Below are positions 1 to 9,530 of a stretch of 20,000 nt of DNA, one piece after another (positions within the stretch are counted from its first letter, which is position 1; every line of letters begins with the position of its first letter). The notes beneath the pieces were generated by a model, which saw nothing but the letters and a program-made list of their open reading frames with translations, did not search any database and was not told the origin of the DNA. The DNA is from an uncultured virus (IMG/VR IMGVR_UViG_3300020460_001007) (Duplodnaviria; Heunggongvirae; Uroviricota; Caudoviricetes). Made by a program: the position numbers and the translations under genes. The DNA is taken from the IMG/VR virus record IMGVR_UViG_3300020460_001007; one strand, 5' to 3'.

Positions 1-2
1 AC

Positions 3-2033
3 ATCAACGACAAGTACCTAAAGAAGTTCAAGAAACGATTGGCAAATTTATATATGTATATACAGAAAGGGAATCTATCGGAAATCATTTCGGAAAGCAA
101 AGTAAAGGTTGATGCTAATTCAATCAAGAAGTGGGCAAAGGATTTAAGAGTTCTTACGAAAGCATATAAGCAGATTGGTGATAATAGTGAAGACCCACAA
201 ACAATCAAAGACTTTAAAAAAGTGAGAAGAGCATTTGGTACATTTCAAGAAAACTTTGAACAATGGGTTTACAAATTCTTTTTACAGTACAAATGGATTG
301 GTTCAAAAGAAAGAGTTGAAACTTGGGAAGAAAAAGAAGTTCGTGAAAAGTGCTGGAGAGCAGTTACAAGTCTTGGTGGAAACTTTCCAGAGATGTGGGA
401 CTTTCAAACTAAAAAGCATCGTGTAAGTCCACAACTACTTGCAAGAGAACGAGAAAAGAATATTCGAAGGTATCGTGCAGAATTCCGTTTGGGAATAAAA
501 GCACTTCTTCAGTACATCGCAATTAATGGTGACCAAGAACGAGAAAAACCAATCGAACAAGCACAAATAGGTCCTGTCAAGTTGGTTATTCACAACTTCA
601 AAAGAAAAGGTGGAAGTCCTCAAGGAGAAGCAAGTCGTGAAAAAAGTTTCAAGGAGTTGGTAAATGGAATCAAGCATTGGTCAAAGAAAATTCAAAAAGC
701 AGGATTCGGAAAGTGCATAGAAGGATTAACCGTTGATTTAGATTTCGGTCTAACATCAGATACGGGGGAAATGGTCAATGGTGAGTATTATATGAACAAA
801 GATATGCTCAAGTTATATGGATGTGGAATGACACAAGATACATTCACACACGAACTTGGTCATCGTTTTTGGTATCGCAATGTTCCATCCAATGCAAAGA
901 AGCATTGGCAAGATACAATCAAAAGCAAGAAAGTATCTATTGAACGTAAAGATGTAGAAGATTATGTTAAAAAGTATTTTAATAAACACGGAGAAAGACT
1001 TCACAAAAGAAAAGCAGGGTTAAAAGTCATTGATAAAAAAGAAGACAACGCCGAGACCAAGGCTAAGTTCAAAGCAATGCAAATGTCATCCGTTTGGTCA
1101 ACCGAGAACAGAAAAGAAGTTGTAACAAAATTAGCAGATAGATGGGTTGGTCCTGGTAAAGAAATTCCAATTGAACATATTACTAACTACGGAAACACAA
1201 ATCCCGAAGAAGCATTTGCAGAAGCATTTAAACTATATATAATAAAAGGACCAGGTAAACTCGGAGAGTGGACTCGTTGGTTCTTCAGAGAAATCGTTAG
1301 AACTGGTGGAGCAAATATAAACGAAATGAAAATACAAGAAGTTAACATGAAGGATAGACCAAAAACTGGAGCACAAGTTTCCAAGATGCTAAAGGCAAAG
1401 GGATTCCCAGGAGTAAAGGTTCAAAAAGACAGAAGCACCAAGCACTACTATTTCGCAGCTGGTATAGCAGGATTCTTTTACGATTCAACAATTATGGATT
1501 ATGATTTGCGAGTGAATGATTTCACATACGAACAATGGTGGAAAGAGTTCCACGAAATGTATCTTGCGAATGATATTCCTGCGGAAGAATTCCTTAATAA
1601 GAAATTGTTTCCCAAACACAACAAAGACACAAAGCACCCAGATATGAAATACCTTAAAGATTTAAAACAAGAATCTCTCAATGAAGTCGCAATGAACAAA
1701 GACAATGTTCATGAGTTTATCAAGTTTGCAAAGAAAGCATTGCAATTAAAAGAAAAGGTATCGGTAAAACTTTTGGAAACTAGACATGAGAATATGACGG
1801 CTGCTTGCTATGACCCAAACACAAATGAGATTTCCATATATACAAAGGGAAGGGCGTACGCAGATGTTTGTAGAAGTATTGCACATGAATTGGTTCACCA
1901 AAAGCAAAACGAATTAGGTGTTCTTGAGGTTGATAGTGGACAAACGGGAAGTGACATTGAGAACGAAGCAAATGCGTGTGCCGGTATTATTATGAGAAAT
2001 TTTGGTGAAATCGTAGGCAATTTATACGATTAG
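3..2033 (+). CDS. Large multidomain protein with two zincin-like (HEXXH) metallopeptidase motifs, 5'-truncated by the window edge; possible virion/internal head protein
   Basis: Frame is open from position 3 (INDKYLKKFKKRLANL...), so the TTG at 39 is probably not the start. HELGH at 849-863 has a downstream YGNTNPEEAFAEAF third-ligand-like motif. HELVH at 1884-1898 has a downstream ENEANACAG. Stop TAG at 2031-2033. Confidence 0.7.
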   Translation: MNDKYLKKFKKRLANLYMYIQKGNLSEIISESKVKVDANSIKKWAKDLRVLTKAYKQIGDNSEDPQTIKDFKKVRRAFGTFQENFEQWVYKFFLQYKWIGSKERVETWEEKEVREKCWRAVTSLGGNFPEMWDFQTKKHRVSPQLLAREREKNIRRYRAEFRLGIKALLQYIAINGDQEREKPIEQAQIGPVKLVIHNFKRKGGSPQGEASREKSFKELVNGIKHWSKKIQKAGFGKCIEGLTVDLDFGLTSDTGEMVNGEYYMNKDMLKLYGCGMTQDTFTHELGHRFWYRNVPSNAKKHWQDTIKSKKVSIERKDVEDYVKKYFNKHGERLHKRKAGLKVIDKKEDNAETKAKFKAMQMSSVWSTENRKEVVTKLADRWVGPGKEIPIEHITNYGNTNPEEAFAEAFKLYIIKGPGKLGEWTRWFFREIVRTGGANINEMKIQEVNMKDRPKTGAQVSKMLKAKGFPGVKVQKDRSTKHYYFAAGIAGFFYDSTIMDYDLRVNDFTYEQWWKEFHEMYLANDIPAEEFLNKKLFPKHNKDTKHPDMKYLKDLKQESLNEVAMNKDNVHEFIKFAKKALQLKEKVSVKLLETRHENMTAACYDPNTNEISIYTKGRAYADVCRSIAHELVHQKQNELGVLEVDSGQTGSDIENEANACAGIIMRNFGEIVGNLYD

Positions 2034-2057
2034 AAAAATACATACATATATATTCGC

Positions 2058-2426
2058 ATGAACATCATGCAGTATTTCACCAAAGAGGGATTGGCAAAGT
2101 ATCTCAAAGACAATGGAATTACACAAGTAATTGCTGAGCCAATATTTGAAGACAAACTTAACGACTTGGCAGAGGAGGTAGTTTACTTTTCAGCAGATGA
2201 AACTTCAAAGTCACACAACGAAGCACTTGGAAAGAAAAAGAAAGCAACTAGAGGTGAAGCACCTATAAGTTCAACGGACGCACTAAAAACTAAATTAGAA
2301 GAACTTGGTGCGAATGAACTGAATTGTGTTGCTAGAATAACTGACAAATCTACCAAACAATTTAAGAGTGAGGGTCAGTTGACACCACTACATAGATTGG
2401 TATATACACCAGAGTCAAGTTCTTAA
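2058..2426 (+). CDS. Hypothetical protein (122 aa)
   Basis: ATG preceded by ATATATAT-TCGC, a variant of the recurrent upstream motif; fills the gap; no recognisable motif. Confidence 0.7.
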   Translation: MNIMQYFTKEGLAKYLKDNGITQVIAEPIFEDKLNDLAEEVVYFSADETSKSHNEALGKKKKATRGEAPISSTDALKTKLEELGANELNCVARITDKSTKQFKSEGQLTPLHRLVYTPESSS

Positions 2427-2894
2427 CATTTTCCGTATTAACGTCTCTATAAGAACATATTTTTGGTCGGTATCGTTATTAACATTGGAAAATTTCCAGG
2501 TAACAACTGGCACCTCAACATTTCGTAGGTACTGAGGAAGTCTAACAGGTTGACCATTATCTGCAATGTATATAACCAACGTTGACTCATTTAATTCCTC
2601 TTCGGTTATGCGATAATACGTATGGTCGTAACACTCACCAGATATAACCTTCCTATATATACGTTCTAATGCCGGGTCGGATGCTCGCATGGGTACTCGA
2701 TCACTTTGATTTTTTCTCATGGGAAGTCGAGCAAGAGCAGACTTTGGAGATGAAGTTGTTGCGGAACTTCCCCAGGTTCCTGCACTATATGTACTTGTTC
2801 TTCTATTCATTCCAGAATTTATATGATTGTAGAATGCTTCGCAATACTTTGATAGATACTGATTTTTGGGGCATATAAATATAACAAGACTCAT
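2415..2894 (-). CDS. Hypothetical protein (~159 aa)
   Basis: AAGGAG Shine-Dalgarno (2907-2902) lies 7 nt before the ATG at 2894, preferred over the TTG at 2900. Overlaps the convergent ORF tail-to-tail by 12 nt. Confidence 0.65.
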   Translation of the reverse strand: MSLVIFICPKNQYLSKYCEAFYNHINSGMNRRTSTYSAGTWGSSATTSSPKSALARLPMRKNQSDRVPMRASDPALERIYRKVISGECYDHTYYRITEEELNESTLVIYIADNGQPVRLPQYLRNVEVPVVTWKFSNVNNDTDQKYVLIETLIRKMLRT

Positions 2895-2963
2895 CACCAA
2901 TCTCCTTGTAAGAAGTTGACATAACCCTTGTTATTATTAAATATAATATATATTGTTTATTAG

Positions 2964-3407
2964 TTACTTCTTTTTAGATTTCTTTTCTTTCAATTCACCC
3001 TCGGCAACTCTGCGTCTAAGTGCAGAACTACTGTAATCGTGCTTACGAGAATTATACATTACTTTGTCAAGATGTCCGGGTAAATCATGCCCAGTAAATG
3101 GTTTGTCTTTCCAATCGTCACCCACAAACCGAACATCATAATCAATGCCTTTTAGAATCTCAATTAAATCCGATTCAGTTTCGTATGGAATAATTTCATC
3201 AACAAACTTACTTCCACGGAGTTGTATATATCTTTCTACAACCGATTGAATTGGTTTGTTTTTTTCCGCACGATCCAATTGAGGATTTGTGTGAAGACCT
3301 ACGATTAAATAATCGCAATGACGTTTACAATCTTCCATCATAAGCACATGACCCGCATGAAATACGTCCATTGCCCCACAAGTGAATCCTTTTATTATTT
3401 TTTCCAT
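2964..3407 (-). CDS. Glycerol-3-phosphate cytidylyltransferase-like (TagD-family HXGH nucleotidyltransferase)
   Basis: GFTCGAMDVFHAGH (HXGH), LIVGL, KNKPIQSVVER, VDEIIPYE, VGDDW and C-terminal SRKHDYSSSALR, equivalent to the RTXGISTT motif. Exact substrate cannot be determined. Confidence 0.85.
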   Translation of the reverse strand: MEKIIKGFTCGAMDVFHAGHVLMMEDCKRHCDYLIVGLHTNPQLDRAEKNKPIQSVVERYIQLRGSKFVDEIIPYETESDLIEILKGIDYDVRFVGDDWKDKPFTGHDLPGHLDKVMYNSRKHDYSSSALRRRVAEGELKEKKSKKK

Positions 3408-3838
3408 TATAGTAAGTGTTTTATTTTATCTTTAGTTATTCCAGTAGTGGCAACATCCACAACATTTAATCCGTGTTTTGTTGCATCATCTAAAATGGTT
3501 TTCAGATCATCAATTAAAACCATTTCATTAAATTGTAAATTGAATTTATTTGCTACATAATCAAAATGTTTTTTCTTGCTCGGCCAAGTTGCTTCTATAT
3601 ATACAAAATCAAGATAATTTGGTGGAAACAACATATCAAGATATTTTTCACATACCTCTTTTTTGTAACTTGCACTTGCAAATCCAATTATATATCCCTT
3701 CTTTTTTAATAAATCAATACATTCAAGTGCATCCGGATATAGACCGAGTTGTAATTGTTGTAATGTTTTTTCGTTACCCGACCAACTATCAAAGTTCCAA
3801 AAAGTACGATCAAGGTCAATCAAAACTGCCTTCGTCAT
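3407..3838 (-). CDS. HAD-superfamily phosphatase, magnesium-dependent phosphatase-1 (MDP-1)-like
   Basis: Motif I DLDRTFW, motif II FAS, motif III SKKKHF, motif IV LIDD; capless short HAD. Stop overlaps the next start by 1 nt. Confidence 0.8.
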   Translation of the reverse strand: MTKAVLIDLDRTFWNFDSWSGNEKTLQQLQLGLYPDALECIDLLKKKGYIIGFASASYKKEVCEKYLDMLFPPNYLDFVYIEATWPSKKKHFDYVANKFNLQFNEMVLIDDLKTILDDATKHGLNVVDVATTGITKDKIKHLL

Positions 3839-3841
3839 AAA

Positions 3842-4540
3842 TTAAATTTCCTTTAGAAGTTTATAGGTGTGTTCCCAATCGTCGACTTGAAACACTTTAT
3901 CAGGTTCTTCAAGAATACTTGCAATGGGATAATCGTTACCACCTTTCTCAGTTTTATCCCCAAAAAAATGAATGATACCATCAAGTTTTCTTCGTATTTG
4001 AGATTTGTTTTTTCCATACTCATGTATGTCCACACTTATTTGACCACCGGCAGTGGCTTCTAATTCAGGAAACATGGTGGTAAGTGATTTACATATAAAC
4101 TCACGTTCCCGATGTTCGTTGTCCCATTCATTGTAAGCAAGTCGTTGTTCTTGTGTACAATTTCTCCCAACAACACTTATGTTAAGAAGACCCACTCGTT
4201 CTTCTATGTGATTGCCTGCTTTAACAGGATACTTGCTAATGTCAATTAGGTTTTGGCAAGTGTCGATTAAACTCTTATTTGGTTGCCACTTACTAACTTC
4301 AATTAAATCACCCTGTCTATATACTACATTACCACCACATTGGTGAGACTCGGTTACTTCTCTCCATATATCCACACCCACTTGTTCTATTGTTTTGTCG
4401 TGGTCAGACCCAGTTAGAAGATATACATTTTTATCTTTAATCCAACTTCTAAAGAACTTCGCAAACTCAACATCCATTTTCAATCTACTTGGAGTAAGAG
4501 TTCCGTCAACATCAAATACGTAATTTATTCGTCTAGCCAT
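3842..4540 (-). CDS. Eukaryotic-type phosphomannomutase (HAD-IIB, PMM2/Sec53-like)
   Basis: FDVDGTLT, TGSD, HIEERVGLLNISVVGRNC, GGQISVDI and FFGDKTEKGGNDYPI match PMM2-family motifs. Confidence 0.85.
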   Translation of the reverse strand: MARRINYVFDVDGTLTPSRLKMDVEFAKFFRSWIKDKNVYLLTGSDHDKTIEQVGVDIWREVTESHQCGGNVVYRQGDLIEVSKWQPNKSLIDTCQNLIDISKYPVKAGNHIEERVGLLNISVVGRNCTQEQRLAYNEWDNEHREREFICKSLTTMFPELEATAGGQISVDIHEYGKNKSQIRRKLDGIIHFFGDKTEKGGNDYPIASILEEPDKVFQVDDWEHTYKLLKEI

Positions 4541-4722
4541 GGTTTTCCTAAAATTTCAGTTTGTAAATCTTTACTTAACATATTAAATAAGTATTTGATT
4601 TCTTGTATATGACACAATGATTCGAGAGTAGTGTCTTTAAATCCTTCTTTTCTTCGGTGTCTTAATTTATATGCAATAGATTCCATTCTATCGGTAATTT
4701 CAGTTTCATTAAATTCTCCCAT
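4525..4722 (-). CDS. Hypothetical protein (65 aa)
   Basis: ATG preceded by ATATTTAT-TAGC; lies between the dnaK terminator and PMM, overlapping the PMM start by 16 nt. Confidence 0.6.
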   Translation of the reverse strand: MGEFNETEITDRMESIAYKLRHRRKEGFKDTTLESLCHIQEIKYLFNMLSKDLQTEILGKPWLDE

Positions 4723-4753
4723 GCTAATAAATATTATAAAAAGTAGTTTTTAT

Positions 4754-4790
4754 AAAAAAAAGAACGAAGTCACTAAAACTCCGTTCTTCT
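4754..4790 (-). terminator. Rho-independent terminator downstream of dnaK
   Basis: Minus strand AGAACGGAGT-TTTAGTG-ACTTCGTTCT (10-bp stem with one G.U pair) followed by a T-run, ~25 nt after the dnaK stop. Confidence 0.85.
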
Positions 4791-4812
4791 ATAAGTTGGT
4801 GAGGGTTATCTA

Positions 4813-6747
4813 CTATTTCTCATCATCAACTACTTCAAAATCAGCATCCACCACATCATCTGGTTGTGGTGATTCGTCGTGATTAAATGTATCTCCAGGT
4901 TGAGGACCCTTCGGTGTGCCTTCACCTTCAGGTTGTAACTTAGAACCCAGTTGTTTTAACACTTCCATAAGTTCATCACATGAACTTTTATATGTTTCTA
5001 AGGTAGTTTCGGAATTTTTAAGCAATTCTTTCGTCCGTTTACATACATCTTCTGCCTTTTCTTTAGCATCTGCGTCTAACTTATCATCATTTTCTTCGAC
5101 TAATTTTTCAAGTTGATACACCAAAGTATCTGCTTGATTTTTTATTTCAACTGTTTCTTTTTTATTTTTATCATCTTCTGCATATTTTTCAGCATCTGCT
5201 TTCATGCGTTCAACTTCATCCTTATCAAGTCCAGAGGAATCACTAATAGTAATCTTTTGGTCTTTACCAGTACCTTTGTCAGTAGCACTTACATTGAGAA
5301 TACCATTTGCATCAATATCAAATGCAACTTCAATTTGTGGTGTACCTCTAGGTGCAGGAACGATACCATCCAACTTAAATGTACCGAGGTTTTTATTATC
5401 CACCGACATGGAACGTTCACCCTGAAGAACTACAATATCAACTGCTGGTTGATTATCCGCATATGTCGAAAATACTTGTGATTTCTTTGTCGGAATAGTA
5501 GTGTTGCGTTCAATCATCGGAGTGGATACTCCACCTGCGGTTTCAATGCCAAGGGTAAGTGGGGTTACATCAAGCAACAAAACATCACTTACACCTTCGT
5601 CTCCTGCAAGGATAGCACCTTGAATAGCCGCACCAAGTGCAACTACTTCATCTGGGTTAACTCCTTGATGTGGGTCTTTTCCACCCGCAAGTTCCTTTGC
5701 AATTTCAACAACCCTTGGACTGCGAGTCATACCACCAACAAGGATGAGGTTTTTAACTTCATCTAGTGTAATACCCGCATCATCAAGACACTTTTCAAAT
5801 GGTTCTTTAGTTCGTGTATATAATTTGTCACAAATCTTTTCAAACTTGGAACGGGTCATTTCAATATTCAAGTGTTTGGGTCCACTTGCATCCGCAGTTA
5901 TGAATGGGATGTTAATTTCGGTGGACGCACTTGATGATAGTGCAACCTTTGCCTTTTCTGCTTCTTCCTTGAGTCGTTGCATTGCCTGCCCATCATTACT
6001 CAAATCAATACCAGAATCTTTCTTAAATTCTTTCAGAAGATGTTTAATAAGTTCCTCGTCCCAGTTGTCACCACCAAGTTGGGTGTCACCATTTGTAGAC
6101 TTAACTTCAAATACTCCGTCACCGATTTCAAGAATAGAAACATCGTAAGTACCACCACCAAGGTCATATACCGCAATGGTTTCTTCGTTCTTCTTTTCCA
6201 AACCATAAGCAAGAGAAGCTGCGGTTGGTTCGTTAACAATACGCAATACTTCTAGTCCTGCGATTTCACCTGCATCTTTAGTTGCTTGTCTTTGTGAATC
6301 GTTAAAGTAAGCAGGTACGGTAATAACTGCTTGTTTTACTTCTTCACCAAGATATGCTTCTGCATCTGCTTTAAGTTTGCTCAGAATGATACTTGAAATG
6401 AATTCAGGTGCATATTCTTTTTCTTCGTCACCTTCTTTACATTTAATATAAGCATCTCCGTTTTTACCCGAGACAACTTCATAAGGAAGATTCTTAACTT
6501 CGTTCTTTACTTCCTTGTACTTTCTTCCGATTAAGCGTTTCGCAGAAAAAATTGTATTCTCTGGATTGGTGACTGCTTGTCTTTTTGCGGATTGACCTAC
6601 AAGTCTTTCTCCGTCTTTAGCAAATCCAACTATACTTGGGGTAGTTCTTGCTCCCTCTGAGTTGGTTATCACCTTTGGTTCTCCTGCTTCTACCACCGCA
6701 ACACAACTGTTCGATGTACCTAAATCAATGCCAATTACTTTAGCCAT
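4813..6747 (-). CDS. dnaK: Molecular chaperone DnaK (Hsp70)
   Basis: [31 protein letters not shown], linker [13 protein letters not shown]-terminal [18 protein letters not shown] 7 nt upstream. Confidence 0.99.
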   Translation of the reverse strand: MAKVIGIDLGTSNSCVAVVEAGEPKVITNSEGARTTPSIVGFAKDGERLVGQSAKRQAVTNPENTIFSAKRLIGRKYKEVKNEVKNLPYEVVSGKNGDAYIKCKEGDEEKEYAPEFISSIILSKLKADAEAYLGEEVKQAVITVPAYFNDSQRQATKDAGEIAGLEVLRIVNEPTAASLAYGLEKKNEETIAVYDLGGGTYDVSILEIGDGVFEVKSTNGDTQLGGDNWDEELIKHLLKEFKKDSGIDLSNDGQAMQRLKEEAEKAKVALSSSASTEINIPFITADASGPKHLNIEMTRSKFEKICDKLYTRTKEPFEKCLDDAGITLDEVKNLILVGGMTRSPRVVEIAKELAGGKDPHQGVNPDEVVALGAAIQGAILAGDEGVSDVLLLDVTPLTLGIETAGGVSTPMIERNTTIPTKKSQVFSTYADNQPAVDIVVLQGERSMSVDNKNLGTFKLDGIVPAPRGTPQIEVAFDIDANGILNVSATDKGTGKDQKITISDSSGLDKDEVERMKADAEKYAEDDKNKKETVEIKNQADTLVYQLEKLVEENDDKLDADAKEKAEDVCKRTKELLKNSETTLETYKSSCDELMEVLKQLGSKLQPEGEGTPKGPQPGDTFNHDESPQPDDVVDADFEVVDDEK

Positions 6748-6782
6748 TTTCTATTCCTCTTTTATTTTGTTAGTTTTGTTTG

Positions 6783-6822
6783 AATCTCGTTTGAGCATTC
6801 TAGATAATCTCGTTTGAGCATT
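6783..6822 (-). repeat. Two exact 17-bp direct repeats (AATGCTCAAACGAGATT on the minus strand), each forming a bulged hairpin, in the dnaK leader
   Basis: Plus-strand AATCTCGTTTGAGCATT at 6783-6799 and 6806-6822 (23-bp period). Confidence 0.95.
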
Positions 6823-6827
6823 ATCTT

Positions 6828-6839
6828 TATATAAATATA
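6828..6839 (-). promoter_or_regulatory. Putative phage-specific promoter element TATATTTATATA upstream of dnaK
   Basis: Same 12-mer occurs on the sense strand upstream of the second gdh, dnaJ and ORF 11937. Confidence 0.6.
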
Positions 6840-6853
6840 AGTAAAAATTACTT

Positions 6854-7792
6854 TTATTCTCCTTCTCTACCATCACAGGGACCTCCTGCCTTGCTTGCAA
6901 ACTCACACCAACGACAATTCTTTTTGTTCTTTCCTGGCGTTTTTGGAAATGGATTTTCAAGATCATATTCACCACTCTTGGTAAACGATTCGTTTAAGAA
7001 TGTATTGAAACTTGACCATGCTTCTTTTGAAGACATGGTACCGTGTGGTGGAACAAACCTTTGGATTCTATCCCCACCAAAGGGGTCATCCGGGTCGTGT
7101 TTTCTTTTTAGAATAATAAACTCCACTTCAATTTTATCAAGTGGTACATTAAATTCCTTTGCATAGAAAACCTTATACAACAACAATTGGTGTGTTTTAC
7201 TTTCATCAGATTTCTGCCATTTGTTCCAACCCCGTGTAGAAGTTTTTAAATCAATTATTTTATACTTTTGATTTGCCTTATCAAACAAAACCACATCAAG
7301 AAATCCAATATATCCCACATTGTTTCTGACTTCAAGATCAATAGAAGTTTCTATACCAGACAACGAATATCGTGTTTTTGAAAAGTACTTGTGACGAATG
7401 TCATCAGAGAGTAAGTGGTCCAGTATTTGGTTTCCATCCTCAATAAACTCATCAAATGTTTCCTGATCCATACACCGACTACCATCAATGAGATTTTCAG
7501 GTTTATCCGCAAGTTCCGTCATGATTTCTAATAATTTTGCTTTCCAATCCACGGATTCTGTATCAAGGTGTGGTTGGTTGTATAACATCTCAAGATATTC
7601 TTGAATAGTTTCATGCATCGCAGTTCCAAATACAAGATGGATGTTACTTTCTTTTTTCCGTAAATTATCAACATACGCAAGTTTCCAACTACGTGGACAC
7701 TTGTGATACATTGAGTATTGAGAGAAACTTACATACTTGTTAAATTTCCTCTCTTTAATTTCTTTTTTTTCTCCAACAGCTGCCTCGGTCAT
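6854..7792 (-). CDS. PD-(D/E)XK nuclease, solo Cas4/AddB-like with a probable 4-Cys Fe-S site
   Basis: SFSQYSMYHKCP, FGTAMHE, GFLDVV...IIDLKTS, QLLLY, C-terminal CRWC-x9-C. One N-terminal plus three C-terminal Cys, as in Cas4/AddB. Confidence 0.85.
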   Translation of the reverse strand: MTEAAVGEKKEIKERKFNKYVSFSQYSMYHKCPRSWKLAYVDNLRKKESNIHLVFGTAMHETIQEYLEMLYNQPHLDTESVDWKAKLLEIMTELADKPENLIDGSRCMDQETFDEFIEDGNQILDHLLSDDIRHKYFSKTRYSLSGIETSIDLEVRNNVGYIGFLDVVLFDKANQKYKIIDLKTSTRGWNKWQKSDESKTHQLLLYKVFYAKEFNVPLDKIEVEFIILKRKHDPDDPFGGDRIQRFVPPHGTMSSKEAWSSFNTFLNESFTKSGEYDLENPFPKTPGKNKKNCRWCEFASKAGGPCDGREGE

Positions 7793-7794
7793 AA

Positions 7795-8079
7795 TTAATC
7801 ACTTCCCTCTGAGTTCGTGTTTGCTTCGTATATACTACAACGAATAAACTTATTGCCTCGCATAACACCCATATCAACATGATCACGCATACTTTCATAT
7901 ACTTCTCGGTCATCGTATCCAAAGTGTCCCAGATCCGCAAGATGCGTTAAATATTGCTCATTAGTCATACCTGTTTTCCGTTGAACAATTGTTTTCAAAT
8001 AACGAACAGCATCCGCAGTTGATTCAAAAAGTTTAACTGGAGAACCTTTAATTGTTGGGTCTTTTATATAATATTTCAT
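7795..8079 (-). CDS. Hypothetical protein (94 aa)
   Basis: Has a sigma70-type promoter directly upstream; ends 2 nt before the nuclease start. Confidence 0.7.
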   Translation of the reverse strand: MKYYIKDPTIKGSPVKLFESTADAVRYLKTIVQRKTGMTNEQYLTHLADLGHFGYDDREVYESMRDHVDMGVMRGNKFIRCSIYEANTNSEGSD

Positions 8080-8090
8080 TGTTACCTACT

Positions 8091-9513
<1,423 letters not shown>

Positions 9514-9517
9514 GGAA

Positions 9518-9530
9518 TATATTTATATAC
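9518..9530 (+). promoter_or_regulatory. TATATTTATATAC element abutting the ATG of the second gdh
   Basis: The 16-mer TATATTTATATACATG (9518-9533) is identical to the reverse complement of 11935-11950. Confidence 0.6.

Noticed and set aside
2916..2949. Plus-strand TTGACA ... TATAAT possible antisense promoter
   Set aside because: Spacer is 22 bp; no good -10 at 16-18 bp.
6783..6822. dnaK leader repeats as CIRCE or a mini-CRISPR
   Set aside because: No match to TTAGCACTC-N9-GAGTGCTAA; only two 17-bp copies with a 6-bp gap, incompatible with CRISPR geometry despite the adjacent Cas4-like gene.
6751..6975. 74-aa minus-strand ORF upstream of dnaK
   Set aside because: Overlaps the nuclease C-terminus out of frame and runs through the promoter and hairpin leader; likely spurious.
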